In this document: positions 1 to 9,250 of the stretch, piece by piece
Numbering within the stretch: the first letter of the stretch is position 1
Layout: each line of letters starts with the position of its first letter
NCBI GenBank assembly: GCA_030583725.1
Contig: CP129472.1
Coordinates: 64,286-128,285 of the forward strand
From: a bacterium
Lineage (GTDB): Bacteria > Patescibacteriota > Microgenomatia > UBA8517
Direction: 5' to 3'
DNA: 64,000 nt
Translations under genes and position numbers: made by a program
Notes under the pieces: model-generated
What the model saw: only the letters and a program-made list of their open reading frames with translations
Databases searched by the model: none
Told to the model about the DNA's origin: nothing

Positions 1-1
1 T

Positions 2-949
2 AAAAAAGGTAAAAAAGTTATAACCCCTGAAGAAGCATTTATCATTTCAAATATATTATCTGACAACAGTGCTAGAAGTGATACTTTTGGCACTAACTCA
101 TTACTTAACATTCCAGGTAGACAAGTTGCTGTTAAGACAGGTACAACAAACGACAGAAGAGACAACTGGACCGTTGGAGGTACGCCACAAAGAGCTGTTG
201 GGGTTTGGGTAGGGAATAATGACAACTCACCAATGCTTTCAGTTGCTTCTGGAATTTCCGGGGCCTCACCTATCTGGAGAAGGATAATGGTTGAATCACT
301 ATCAGGTTTAAGTCCTGTAGGCTTTACTCCCCCTAGCGGCATAGTAAGTATAGAAGTTGATAACTTTTCTGGTAAAAGAGCTCATGATGGTTTTTCATCT
401 AGGTCTGAATTTTTTATTAAAGGCAGGGAACCGCAAGAAGATGATATACATGTTAATTTGAAAGTTTGTAAAAGCGATGGAAAACTTGCAACTCCATCTG
501 ATGTTTCAGGTGGTAATTATGATAACAAGGAATACTTTGTGATAAAGGAAGAAGACCCTGTATCAACTGATGGTAAAAACAGATGGCAGGAGGCAATTTT
601 AAGTTGGATTAATACCCAAAGTGATGGTAGATATAAACCACCCTCAGATTATTGTGGAACAACCAATCCATTAAATGTTGAATGGGTTGACCCAATAGAC
701 AGGATAAGTAACTTACCTAATACTTTTAAAATTAAAATTAAGGCCAGTTCTACTTCAAATATTGATTATTTGGAAATTTTTGCAGATGGTTTAAAAATTA
801 GAACAATTGACAGTTTACCCTATGAAGCAGAAATTAGTTTGGCTGACGGAGTACATAAACTTCAAGTCAAAGCAAAAGACAAGGATGGCCACGAAAAGGA
901 ACACACTATTACTATTGGGGTAAACACTGCTTGGGACGCTACTCCTTAA
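2..949 (+). CDS. Penicillin-binding protein (class A PBP) C-terminal transpeptidase region; 5' partial, the ORF enters from upstream of the window
   Basis: Frame-2 translation from nt 2 is open. It contains the KTGTT (K-T/S-G) transpeptidase motif, then 'DNWTVGGTPQ' and 'VGVWVGNND' typical of PBP1 C-termini. Confidence 0.75.
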   Translation, partial: KKGKKVITPEEAFIISNILSDNSARSDTFGTNSLLNIPGRQVAVKTGTTNDRRDNWTVGGTPQRAVGVWVGNNDNSPMLSVASGISGASPIWRRIMVESLSGLSPVGFTPPSGIVSIEVDNFSGKRAHDGFSSRSEFFIKGREPQEDDIHVNLKVCKSDGKLATPSDVSGGNYDNKEYFVIKEEDPVSTDGKNRWQEAILSWINTQSDGRYKPPSDYCGTTNPLNVEWVDPIDRISNLPNTFKIKIKASSTSNIDYLEIFADGLKIRTIDSLPYEAEISLADGVHKLQVKAKDKDGHEKEHTITIGVNTAWDATP

Positions 950-2973
950 ACGGTAATTCCAAATTTTGATTTTAAAGATGATAGAATTTTGACCCTAATA
1001 CTTTCCACTTCTTTGTCAGTTAAAGTATGATCAGGTGATTGGTACTCAATGTTTACAGTATAGTTATTTTTATAGGTGTCCGTTAGTTCAACTTTGTTAA
1101 CCAGTTGATTTACAGATTTGATTGAGTCTATTACATCGCCGATATATGTTTTTTCAGGAATAATAAGAGTTAGGTCTTCTACCTGTGGTGGAAATTTAGG
1201 AATACTTTTATATTTTCTTGAAATTTTTTTGGCATCCATTAATTTTTGTAAATCAAAAGTATAGTAAAAATAACCAACTTCCAAATTGCCATACTCCCCC
1301 ACCTCAGTATTTCCAGAATAGACAGACAACCTCTGATTAGGTAGATACTTTCCCCCTTCCTCTATTTTTTCAATATAACTAATGTTTAATTCTTCCAACA
1401 GTTTTTCAACGATGCCTTTATTTTTTCTAAAATCTAAGATTTGTGCTGAACCAGACACTAGTGATGAATTTCCATTTTTTATAATACCAGCAAGAGTCAA
1501 TTTTTCTTGCGGTAGACTATTTTTGATTGGAATGTATACATTTGCAATTTCAAATATGTGTAAACGGCCTTTTTCTTGTGGATTATCTTTAATGTTTTGG
1601 ATTAGCGATTCTCTAAGGCTTGTTCTTAATAATTCTGTATCAGTGCCTAGTGGGTTTTTAAGCCCAAGTGCATTGTCGCTTGTCATTTCCTTACTAACAA
1701 GAGAAGAATTATATATTTCGGTTCCTCCCAATGCCCTGAGTATTACTTTTAAATTGTTTTCAAATTTAAATTCATTATTAACTTTTGGTTTAGGTAGTGA
1801 GCCATCCATTAGAAGACAAGGTAAATTGTGATATCCATATATTCTTGCAATCTCCTCTATTATGTCTTCCTTTATATTTATGTCATCTGCTCTATAAGAT
1901 GGGACCTTTATCTCAAGTGTTTTTTTATTTGTTTTAACTTCAAAACCTAAATTTGTTAAGTAACTTTTTATTTCCTTTTCAGGAATATCGATTCCAATTA
2001 TTTTATCTATTTCTTCTTTAGCTACAGAGACATTCTTAATTTTGTATGGCGACGGATAGATGTCTAAAATTTCTTCTTCTGATTTTCCACCTGACAACTT
2101 TTCAATCATGGAAACTGCTAAAATTATTGCAGGTTTTACATTTTCGCTGTCTAAGCCTTTTTCAAAAAGAACTGCTGCTTCAGTCCTTTGACCTAAGTTC
2201 ATGGATGTTTTTCTGATTTTGTGTTTATCGTAATTTTGCACAAACAGCAAAACATTTTTAGTGTTGTTGTCAACTGCACTGTTTTGTCCCCCCATAATTC
2301 CACAAAGGTCAATTAGTTTTCCTTCACCATCTTCAATGGCGTCAGACGACATACCAAATCCTTTAGGATTTGCTATAACAATATCTCCACCATCTAATTT
2401 AAATTCCTTCTCATCAAGTGTTTTAATCACCTCACTTTTTTTACTCTCTCGAAGTATCATTTTTCCACCAACTATTTTGTCAAAGTCAAAAGTATGAACA
2501 GGTTGACCTAGCTCATGCATTATAAAATTACTTACATCAACGATATTGTTAATTGGTCTGACATCAACCTTTTCAAGCAACGACTTTATATCTTGTGGTG
2601 AATCTTTAATTTTTACATCTTTGATTAAAACGGCGGTAAATCTAGGACAAAGTTTAGAATCAACAACTACTTCCAAATACTTTACCTTTTTAACAAACTT
2701 AAATCTTTCCTTTTTTAATTTTTTATTTTTAAAAGTCGCCGATATCCCAAATCTTGGCAATATGGCAACTGCCTCTCTTGCAATGCCTAAGACGCTGGCA
2801 CTATCTACCCTGTTAGTAGTTACTTCAATTGAATATACACTATCACCGTCTTTAACTTTCTCAACTTTCTCAATAGATGGTCCACAAAGAGATAGGTACT
2901 TGGCAATTTCAGAAGGAGATGCTTTAGTATCTAAGTATTTTTTAAGCCAGCTGTTAGGTATTTTTATATCCAT
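946..2973 (-). CDS. pheT: Phenylalanine--tRNA ligase beta subunit
   Basis: 675 aa. N-terminus 'MDIKIPNSWLKKYL...SPSEIAKYLSLCGPSIEKVE' is typical PheT; B3/B4, B5 and FDX-ACB-like C-terminal regions; directly downstream of pheS. Confidence 0.9.
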   Translation of the reverse strand: MDIKIPNSWLKKYLDTKASPSEIAKYLSLCGPSIEKVEKVKDGDSVYSIEVTTNRVDSASVLGIAREAVAILPRFGISATFKNKKLKKERFKFVKKVKYLEVVVDSKLCPRFTAVLIKDVKIKDSPQDIKSLLEKVDVRPINNIVDVSNFIMHELGQPVHTFDFDKIVGGKMILRESKKSEVIKTLDEKEFKLDGGDIVIANPKGFGMSSDAIEDGEGKLIDLCGIMGGQNSAVDNNTKNVLLFVQNYDKHKIRKTSMNLGQRTEAAVLFEKGLDSENVKPAIILAVSMIEKLSGGKSEEEILDIYPSPYKIKNVSVAKEEIDKIIGIDIPEKEIKSYLTNLGFEVKTNKKTLEIKVPSYRADDINIKEDIIEEIARIYGYHNLPCLLMDGSLPKPKVNNEFKFENNLKVILRALGGTEIYNSSLVSKEMTSDNALGLKNPLGTDTELLRTSLRESLIQNIKDNPQEKGRLHIFEIANVYIPIKNSLPQEKLTLAGIIKNGNSSLVSGSAQILDFRKNKGIVEKLLEELNISYIEKIEEGGKYLPNQRLSVYSGNTEVGEYGNLEVGYFYYTFDLQKLMDAKKISRKYKSIPKFPPQVEDLTLIIPEKTYIGDVIDSIKSVNQLVNKVELTDTYKNNYTVNIEYQSPDHTLTDKEVESIRVKILSSLKSKFGITV

Positions 2974-2977
2974 ATTA

Positions 2978-4042
2978 TTAAAGTTGAGAAAGGACTCTTA
3001 AGTCCGAACTATATAGTAGTCTAATGTCTGGAACTGAAAGACCTGATTTCATCATATATGTTCGTTCAACTCCCCAGCCGAATGCAAAACCAGTATATAT
3101 TTTGGAGTCAACACCACATTCCTTTAAAACATGTGGGTGTACCATTCCAGCCCCACCTATTTCAAGCCATCCCTTTTTACATAATTTACAAGTTACACCA
3201 GATGAAATATGGCCTTTTCCATTACAAACATTGCAAGAAATATCAACTTCAAACGATGGTTCAGTAAATTGAAAGTGATAAGGTCTTAGTCTTATTGTTC
3301 TTTCTGGTCCAAAGAAAGTTTTTGCAAAGTGGTCGATAGTACCACGAAGGTGGGTAATTGAAATATTTTTGTCTACGACTAGTCCTTCAAACTGGTGAAA
3401 CATTATTAAATGGCTTACATCACTTTGTCTTCTGTAGCATTTGGCAATGTTAATCATACGGATTGGTGGTTTTTCTTTAAGCATTTCTCTAATTTGTCCA
3501 CTTGACGTGTGTGGTGTTAAAAGCATGGGACCGTATTTTTTTGAGTCTGGAGCGTTGACAAAAAATGTTTCCCAATCATCTCTTGCGGGGTGGTTATCTG
3601 GAAAGTTTAAAGCGCCAAAAGCAAAGTAGTCATATTCAACTTCAGGATACTTAACCCTAGTAAAACCAATTTTTTCAAAAACTTCGGCTATTTCATTAAT
3701 TGCATTAGTAACCATATGGAGTTTACCTAATTTTACTTTCTTGGCTGGCATTGTTGGGTCAAACCACTCTCTTGCGTTATTGTTTAATTCATTCTTTTTC
3801 TCAGTAACTAAAATCTCAAGTGTATTTTTAACTTCATTTAAAGTAATACCATATTGCTTTCTAGCTTCACTATCGATTTTTGATATGTTTTTAGAGAGAA
3901 ATGTGAACTTTCCATTTCTGCCAAATAAGTCAATTCTTATCTGCTCTAATTCATTTACGTTTTTGACATCAGCAATTCTAGCTATTGCCTGATTTTTTAA
4001 ATTTATTAAATCTTCATTCATATTTTTATTATTATATAACAT
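2978..4042 (-). CDS. pheS: Phenylalanine--tRNA ligase alpha subunit
   Basis: 354 aa. Class II aaRS core motifs ('FPFTEPS'-like 'FQFTEPSFEVD', 'GWLEIGGAGMVHPHVL'), upstream of pheT. Confidence 0.9.
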   Translation of the reverse strand: MLYNNKNMNEDLINLKNQAIARIADVKNVNELEQIRIDLFGRNGKFTFLSKNISKIDSEARKQYGITLNEVKNTLEILVTEKKNELNNNAREWFDPTMPAKKVKLGKLHMVTNAINEIAEVFEKIGFTRVKYPEVEYDYFAFGALNFPDNHPARDDWETFFVNAPDSKKYGPMLLTPHTSSGQIREMLKEKPPIRMINIAKCYRRQSDVSHLIMFHQFEGLVVDKNISITHLRGTIDHFAKTFFGPERTIRLRPYHFQFTEPSFEVDISCNVCNGKGHISSGVTCKLCKKGWLEIGGAGMVHPHVLKECGVDSKIYTGFAFGWGVERTYMMKSGLSVPDIRLLYSSDLRVLSQL

Positions 4043-4220
4043 TATGACCTTCGGGTTTTACAGTAATTTCTTTCTTTCTTCCGAACCTGAACCCAATTTC
4101 TTTAAGCAAAATAACTATTTTAGGTTTTTCCTCTTTTAACACTTTTGCATGTAAATCTTCTAACTTGAGAGCTTTAGTCATTTTTTCAGTAACGATTATT
4201 ATTTCTTTCATATTCATCAC
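4032..4220 (-). CDS. Small hypothetical protein (62 aa) immediately upstream of pheS
   Basis: ORF with a plausible RBS (gaggtga) before the ATG; no recognisable motif. A possible minus-strand terminator-like hairpin plus T-run lies upstream at ~4240-4262. Confidence 0.3.
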   Translation of the reverse strand: MMNMKEIIIVTEKMTKALKLEDLHAKVLKEEKPKIVILLKEIGFRFGRKKEITVKPEGHNVI

Positions 4221-4329
4221 CTCGTTTCAAACCAATAAAAAAAACCTCCCTTCGGAAGCTTAAAATGCACAGCATCTAAACCTCCGTTAGAAAGTAAAGA
4301 AGAATACAAATGTATTTACTGATTTCATA

Positions 4330-4605
4330 TTACTGAAGTATAACACTCTTTTTTGCTTCATCAAATGTGATCTTAAATTTTTCAAAAAAACCTGATCTTC
4401 CCAATATATTTATAGATGCTTGATAGTCGTTTGAAAAAATAGGAGTGTCTTTTGTTGCAACTGCCATGATTTGAATATCTTGACAGAGTTTTTCATTACT
4501 TTTATAAAATATAGTGGGGACCCTCATTAGCGTAAGGAACTTTAAAGGCTGCAGGAACTGTACCAGGCTCTCTCGGATCGGTTGCAAGTCGTGTAACAAG
4601 TGCAT
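4330..4605 (-). pseudogene. Possible remnant of a retropepsin-like aspartic protease (C-terminal 'ILGRSGFFEKFKITFDEAKKSVIL' motif only; no D-S/T-G catalytic motif in frame)
   Basis: The C-terminal region resembles the conserved 'LLGrdfL..f.a.iDf.n..l.L' tail of retroviral-type aspartyl proteases. The upstream part overlaps the DUF5678-like gene in another frame. Confidence 0.2.
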
Positions 4606-4720
4606 CTATATCAGAGAGCTCATTACCAACAGCAATTATTTTGTTTTTAAGAGGATCGACAACGACCCACTTACCAGCGAATTGGCTCATTTTGTTTGTA
4701 GATACATTAACTTTTTTCAT
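4502..4720 (-). CDS. Small protein resembling the DUF5678 family ('GKWVVVD...IIAVGNEL...VP' pattern)
   Basis: 72 aa. Motif 'AGKWVVVDPLKNKIIAVGNELSDIDALV...TVPAAFKVP' matches my recollection of DUF5678-like small archaeal/CPR proteins. Confidence 0.4.
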   Translation of the reverse strand: MKKVNVSTNKMSQFAGKWVVVDPLKNKIIAVGNELSDIDALVTRLATDPREPGTVPAAFKVPYANEGPHYIL

Positions 4721-4756
4721 ATGACTAATTATACCATGGTGTGTAAAGTGAAGAAT

Positions 4757-5101
4757 CTATTTAGTCTTGAAGCTGGCAACTATTTTTTCAAATACGCTAG
4801 GGTTTTTTGCTGCAATGTCTGAAAGAATCTTTCTATCTAATTCAATTTTGTTTGTCTTTAAATTATTGATAAGTCTTGAGTATGAAGTTTCTAAAGATTT
4901 TGCAGCAGCTGAAAGTCTAACAATCCACAAACTTCTTAGATCTCTTTTCTTAAGCTTTCTACCATGAAATGCATATGCCCCCGCATGCATAACTGCTTCA
5001 TTTGCAGTTTTAAACCTTCTAGATCTTGCAGAATGGTAACCTTTGGCAAGCTTTCTTACCTTTCTATGTTTAATAGCTGCTTTTGATTTTATTCTTGTCA
5101 T
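4757..5101 (-). CDS. rplT: 50S ribosomal protein L20
   Basis: 114 aa. 'KHRKVRKLAKGYHSARSRRFKTANEAVMHAGAYAFHGRKLKKRDLRSLWIVRLSAAAK' aligns with bacterial L20. Confidence 0.9.
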   Translation of the reverse strand: MTRIKSKAAIKHRKVRKLAKGYHSARSRRFKTANEAVMHAGAYAFHGRKLKKRDLRSLWIVRLSAAAKSLETSYSRLINNLKTNKIELDRKILSDIAAKNPSVFEKIVASFKTK

Positions 5102-5102
5102 T

Positions 5103-5369
5103 TTATTTTTTAGTTACCCCTTTTTTTATTACTCCCTTTTTTATTACCTTAGGGGTTTTCATTACTTTACCTAAATATTTTCTTAATCTTCTTGCTAATA
5201 CCTTTTTAACTTCTGTAACCCTACTTAGTCTATTAAGTCTGTTCTTGCTCTTTGAGGCATTCAAATGCCTTTTAAAAGCCTTTCTTCTTAAGACTTTGCC
5301 ATTTTTAGTAATTCTGATTCTGTCAGTTACTAGTTTTTTATATTTTACTTTCGTTTTTGTCTTTGCCAT
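5103..5369 (-). CDS. rpmI: 50S ribosomal protein L35
   Basis: 88 aa, basic; 'TKNGKVLRRKAFKRHLNASKSKNRLNRL' is L35-like; between infC and rplT as in the canonical operon. Confidence 0.85.
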   Translation of the reverse strand: MAKTKTKVKYKKLVTDRIRITKNGKVLRRKAFKRHLNASKSKNRLNRLSRVTEVKKVLARRLRKYLGKVMKTPKVIKKGVIKKGVTKK

Positions 5370-5892
5370 ATTTATTAGTTGGTGAAATAATCATTATTAA
5401 GTTTCTTCCCATAAACTTAGGTTTCATGTCAACATTTATTCCCTCTCCCAAATCTTTTAAAATCCTGCCAAGTATATCATAACCAAAGGTTTTTGACCCT
5501 AGTTGTTTTATTTTAAAGTAAACAACAAGTTTAACCTTATCTTTATCTGTCAAAAATTCATTGATCCTCCTTAGCCTTGTTTGGTAGTCTCCTTCACCTA
5601 TAAAAGGTGTAAAACGTATTTCTTTAAGCTCACTTGGCTTGCTTTTTTTCAAAGCCTCCTTCTTTTTCTTTTCTTCCTGATACTTAAATTTTCCAAACTC
5701 AATTATTTTAGCAACAGGTGGATTTGCGTTTGCAACAAGCTCAATTAAGTCTTCGTTCTTCTCCTTGGCCATTTTGATAGCCTCATCCCTGGAAAAAACT
5801 CCTAACTGTTTACCTTCTGAGTCTAAAACTCTCAAAGTTTGAGCAGGAATTCTGTCATTTAGTCGCCAGTTGCTGTTATTGATACTTTTCAA
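5338..5892 (-). CDS. infC: Translation initiation factor IF-3
   Basis: 184 aa. 'IPAQTLRVLDSEGKQLGVFSRDEAIKMAKEKNEDLIELVANANPPVAKIIEFGKFKYQEEKKKK' matches IF-3 N and C domains; canonical infC-rpmI-rplT order. Confidence 0.85.
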   Translation of the reverse strand: MKSINNSNWRLNDRIPAQTLRVLDSEGKQLGVFSRDEAIKMAKEKNEDLIELVANANPPVAKIIEFGKFKYQEEKKKKEALKKSKPSELKEIRFTPFIGEGDYQTRLRRINEFLTDKDKVKLVVYFKIKQLGSKTFGYDILGRILKDLGEGINVDMKPKFMGRNLIMIISPTNKYGKDKNESKI

Positions 5893-5958
5893 TTTCTTCT
5901 GTTATTGTACCTAAAAATGACAATAGTAGCAAGAAGAAAATGGTTTTTCATTATATCT

Positions 5959-6477
5959 TCATTTTTCTACTTTGTAATGAACTTGAATTATATTTTCGAA
6001 TATTCTGGTTGTGCTTAATAATTTAAGTTTTAATTGAAAATCTGAGGGTTTAAAAAGTGAAATTCCATTCCCAATGATTACACCTTCAATATTTAATATA
6101 ATTTCATCAATCATATTTTTTTCTGCAAACACTGAGTTGTTTGTTGATCCTCCTGTAAGTATTGCTTCGGAAAAACCTTTTTCTGCTAATATCTCAATTG
6201 CATGCTCTGGTGAGTTTGCCAGAATAAAACCGTCATTCAGTTGAAATTTATCATCTGAGGAAATTATTACCTTACTTATGTTTTTCAATGGTTTTAAATA
6301 GGATTTAGGCCATTCCTTGATTAATTCGTAGGTTTTTCTACCCCAAATTAAACATCCACTTTTTTGAACTGCTGAGACAAATTCGTCCCAGTTTTCGTGT
6401 GACAGGAAATCTTCTTTGTAGTCATCTGTTGCAATTATTCCGTTTAACGAAATTGCCATCCAAAGTGTAATTTTCAT
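5959..6477 (-). CDS. Dihydrofolate reductase-family protein (RibD C-terminal domain-like)
   Basis: 172 aa. 'MKITLWMAISLNGIIA...WDEF...LIWGRKTYE' is the typical DHFR/RibD_C N-terminal signature. Confidence 0.65.
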   Translation of the reverse strand: MKITLWMAISLNGIIATDDYKEDFLSHENWDEFVSAVQKSGCLIWGRKTYELIKEWPKSYLKPLKNISKVIISSDDKFQLNDGFILANSPEHAIEILAEKGFSEAILTGGSTNNSVFAEKNMIDEIILNIEGVIIGNGISLFKPSDFQLKLKLLSTTRIFENIIQVHYKVEK

Positions 6478-6511
6478 ATTGTGTTTGATACAAATGTATT
6501 ATAATGAATTA

Positions 6512-6970
6512 ATGTCTAAATACAAAGACATAGAGGCTAAGGCTAAAAACTACTACTTTAATGAATGGCGTGGAAGTGAAAAGATAATTCAGGCGTTTAA
6601 TGAAATTGTATATGTGAATAGAATTGGGTGGGACCATATCGTACATCACCCAAGGAGGTCGCTAAAAGATAAAATAATAAGACTTAGAAAGTTAGACCTA
6701 GCTAGACAAGTTTTAGAAACTTCAAGCCATTATCAAACAGTGGAGGTTAGAGGTAAATTTTATTATTATGGTATTCAGGCGATTGTTGACAATACTCGTG
6801 TTAAAGTAATTGTTACTTCAAAAGGGAAGGATGGAAAAAAGATTTTATACTCAGTTATGTTTAAAAGTTTATCAAGGCAACAGCAAAAAATAGTTGATAA
6901 ACAAAACGAAAAATTAATAAGCGAATTCAGAAAAAATAATCCCAAAGTATCTCCTAGAAGAAGGAATTAA
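6512..6970 (+). CDS. Hypothetical protein
   Basis: ORF 6479..6970 with a likely start at the ATG at 6512 (MSKYKDIEAK...); basic C-terminus; no recognised domain. Confidence 0.4.
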   Translation: MSKYKDIEAKAKNYYFNEWRGSEKIIQAFNEIVYVNRIGWDHIVHHPRRSLKDKIIRLRKLDLARQVLETSSHYQTVEVRGKFYYYGIQAIVDNTRVKVIVTSKGKDGKKILYSVMFKSLSRQQQKIVDKQNEKLISEFRKNNPKVSPRRRN

Positions 6971-7050
6971 TCTGTCTCCACTATCTAACCGTTTTTCGGT
7001 GTTTAGTGCGCCAGCCTCAAGGGCTTCAGATAACTCCAAATAGAATAATA

Positions 7051-8817
7051 TCAATTATCTGTCTTGTTGTCAATTTTTGAAGAGATATCAGAAATAAATT
7101 TAGATAATTGTATTGAGGAATTTTCTCCTGCCCTGTTTCTGATAGAAACTTCGTCGTTCTCAGTTTCTTTGTCTCCCAAAACTAACATATATGGAACTTT
7201 TTCATTTTGTGCATTTCTGATTTTATTACTTAGTGTTTCATTTCTATCATCTAGTTCAACACGAATGTTGTTTTCCTTTAGTTTTTCAAAAATGGTATTT
7301 GCATAATCTAAATGTTTTTCAGAAATTGGTAGTATTTTAACTTGGACTGGTGAGAGCCAAGTTGGGAATGCTCCACCATAATGTTCAATTAGAAATCCTA
7401 TAAATCTCTCGTGTGAGCCTAGTGGGGCTCTATGGATTATTACAGGTGTTTTTTCTTTCCCATCTTTATCTGTATATTTAAGTCCAAACTGTTCCCCCAT
7501 AAATAAATCAATTTGGTTTGTAGAAATTGCAAACTCCCTTCCAATTTTGCTGTGGATTATAAAATCAATTTTTGGACCATAAAATGCTGCACTTCCAATT
7601 TCTTCTACCATAGGTATATCAACTTGTTTTACAGCTTCTCTCATTAATTTTTCTGCTCTTTTCCACATATCTTCATTACCATGATATTTTTCTGTGTTCT
7701 TAGGATCTCTTAAGGCTAACTCTAAATGGTAATCGGTAATACCTAACGTTTTGTAATAGTATTCATGCAATTTCATTACTTTTACAAATTCATCTACTGC
7801 TTGATCCTCAGTACAGTAGATATGAGCATCATTTTGTGCGAATCCCCTAACTCTCATCAGTCCAAACAGCTCACCTGATGATTCATAACGGTAGCAATTA
7901 CCATATTCAGCAAAACGAAGTGGTAAATCTCTGTAGCTGTGTTGAGTCGCATCAAAAATAATGTGATGATGTGGGCAATTCATTGGTTTTAGGAAATATT
8001 CTTCTTCACTGTCATCCAGCTTCATTGGAGGGTACATATCATCTTTGTAATATGGTAAATGACCTGATGTATGGAAAAGGCCGGATTTTGTAATACTTGG
8101 AGTTGTTACTCTCTTGTACCCCCACTCTTCTTCTGTCTTTTTGGCCCATTTTTCAATTTGTTCTTTAATTACGTTTCCTTTTGGCATCCAAAGAACCAGT
8201 CCTTGACCAACTTTTTCAGAAATAGTGAATAGTTCTAATTCCTGACCCAACTTTCTATGGTCATACTTTTTTGCAAGTTCTATATTTTCAAGATGTTTAT
8301 CAAGTTCTATCTTAGTTGGAAAACAAGTTCCATAAATTCTGGTTAACATCTTATTTTTTTCACTACCTCTCCAATATGCTCCAGCTACTGATAGTAGTTT
8401 AAAATGCTTGATTTCCGAATCAGGATGACTAACATGTCCCCCACGGCAGAGATCAGAATACTCACCAGAGTTGTAAAAAGTTAAGTCATTTCCTTCTTTT
8501 GAAAATTCTTCAATTAGTTCAATTTTGTATTTATTATCTTTATAATAATCCTTTGCTTCTTCTGTAGTTACATTTTTCTTTTCAAAACCTTTCCAAGTTT
8601 TGATAATTTCTTTCATTTTACTTTCTATTTTTGGAAAGTCTTCATCGGAAACTGTAGTATCACCAAAATCAAAGTCATAGTAAAAACCATTTTCAATTGA
8701 AGGACCTATGGTTCTTTTTGCAGAAGGATATATTTCTAAAACTGCAGCTGCCAAAAGATGAGCACATGAATGCCTTAAGTTTTCTAGATATTCTTTTGAT
8801 TGTTTGTCAGTCTTCAT
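7051..8817 (-). CDS. thrS: Threonine--tRNA ligase (short form lacking the N-terminal TGS domain)
   Basis: 588 aa. 'HRKLGQELELF', 'MRVRGFAQNDAHIYC', class II motifs and an anticodon-binding C-terminal domain. Confidence 0.9.
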   Translation of the reverse strand: MKTDKQSKEYLENLRHSCAHLLAAAVLEIYPSAKRTIGPSIENGFYYDFDFGDTTVSDEDFPKIESKMKEIIKTWKGFEKKNVTTEEAKDYYKDNKYKIELIEEFSKEGNDLTFYNSGEYSDLCRGGHVSHPDSEIKHFKLLSVAGAYWRGSEKNKMLTRIYGTCFPTKIELDKHLENIELAKKYDHRKLGQELELFTISEKVGQGLVLWMPKGNVIKEQIEKWAKKTEEEWGYKRVTTPSITKSGLFHTSGHLPYYKDDMYPPMKLDDSEEEYFLKPMNCPHHHIIFDATQHSYRDLPLRFAEYGNCYRYESSGELFGLMRVRGFAQNDAHIYCTEDQAVDEFVKVMKLHEYYYKTLGITDYHLELALRDPKNTEKYHGNEDMWKRAEKLMREAVKQVDIPMVEEIGSAAFYGPKIDFIIHSKIGREFAISTNQIDLFMGEQFGLKYTDKDGKEKTPVIIHRAPLGSHERFIGFLIEHYGGAFPTWLSPVQVKILPISEKHLDYANTIFEKLKENNIRVELDDRNETLSNKIRNAQNEKVPYMLVLGDKETENDEVSIRNRAGENSSIQLSKFISDISSKIDNKTDN

Positions 8818-8965
8818 AATATATAAATTATATACCTAAGAAGACGACTATTGAAGCCGTGGTTCCACTTCTCTTTATTCTCTTTATCAATTATTAATTT
8901 CTTTAGGTTGGTTAATCCTAAATACAAGCAATTAATTAATCAATATAAATATTGTAGTAAAAATA

Positions 8966-9250
8966 TTGCAATTTGTCCAGAGAGAGAGAGAGTACTATCA
9001 GCGTATTATGGAAAAAGAGAAACAAATGGCCGATCTTCCAATGACAATCTATAGTTGTAAATTTAAAAATTCGTGGCAGTGCGAATTTAAAGGCAATCTT
9101 CCAACCGGCGCTCGTCGTGGGTTCGGCAAATCTGTTTATTGCAACGTTTTGTCTTCAAACATCAAACCTGATGTATCTGCATGCGACCAAATTGTTGTTG
9201 AGGAGACCCCGATAGTAGCCAAAGTTACAAAAAGCGGAATGATTACTTAA
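8966..9250 (+). CDS. Questionable small Cys-containing ORF (likely start further in, at MEKEKQ or MADLPM)
   Basis: ORF in the thrS-typA intergenic region; 4 Cys but no canonical CxxC pairs; no homology recognised. Confidence 0.2.
   Translation: MQFVQREREYYQRIMEKEKQMADLPMTIYSCKFKNSWQCEFKGNLPTGARRGFGKSVYCNVLSSNIKPDVSACDQIVVEETPIVAKVTKSGMIT

Noticed and set aside
1382-3001. Antisense ORFs within pheT/pheS (1382..1831, 2261..2497, 2546..3001, 3024..3272, 3058..3267, 3441..3629, 3741..3992)
   Set aside because: They are entirely embedded antisense to well-supported aaRS genes, are low-complexity and have no motifs. Typical spurious ORFs in AT-rich DNA.
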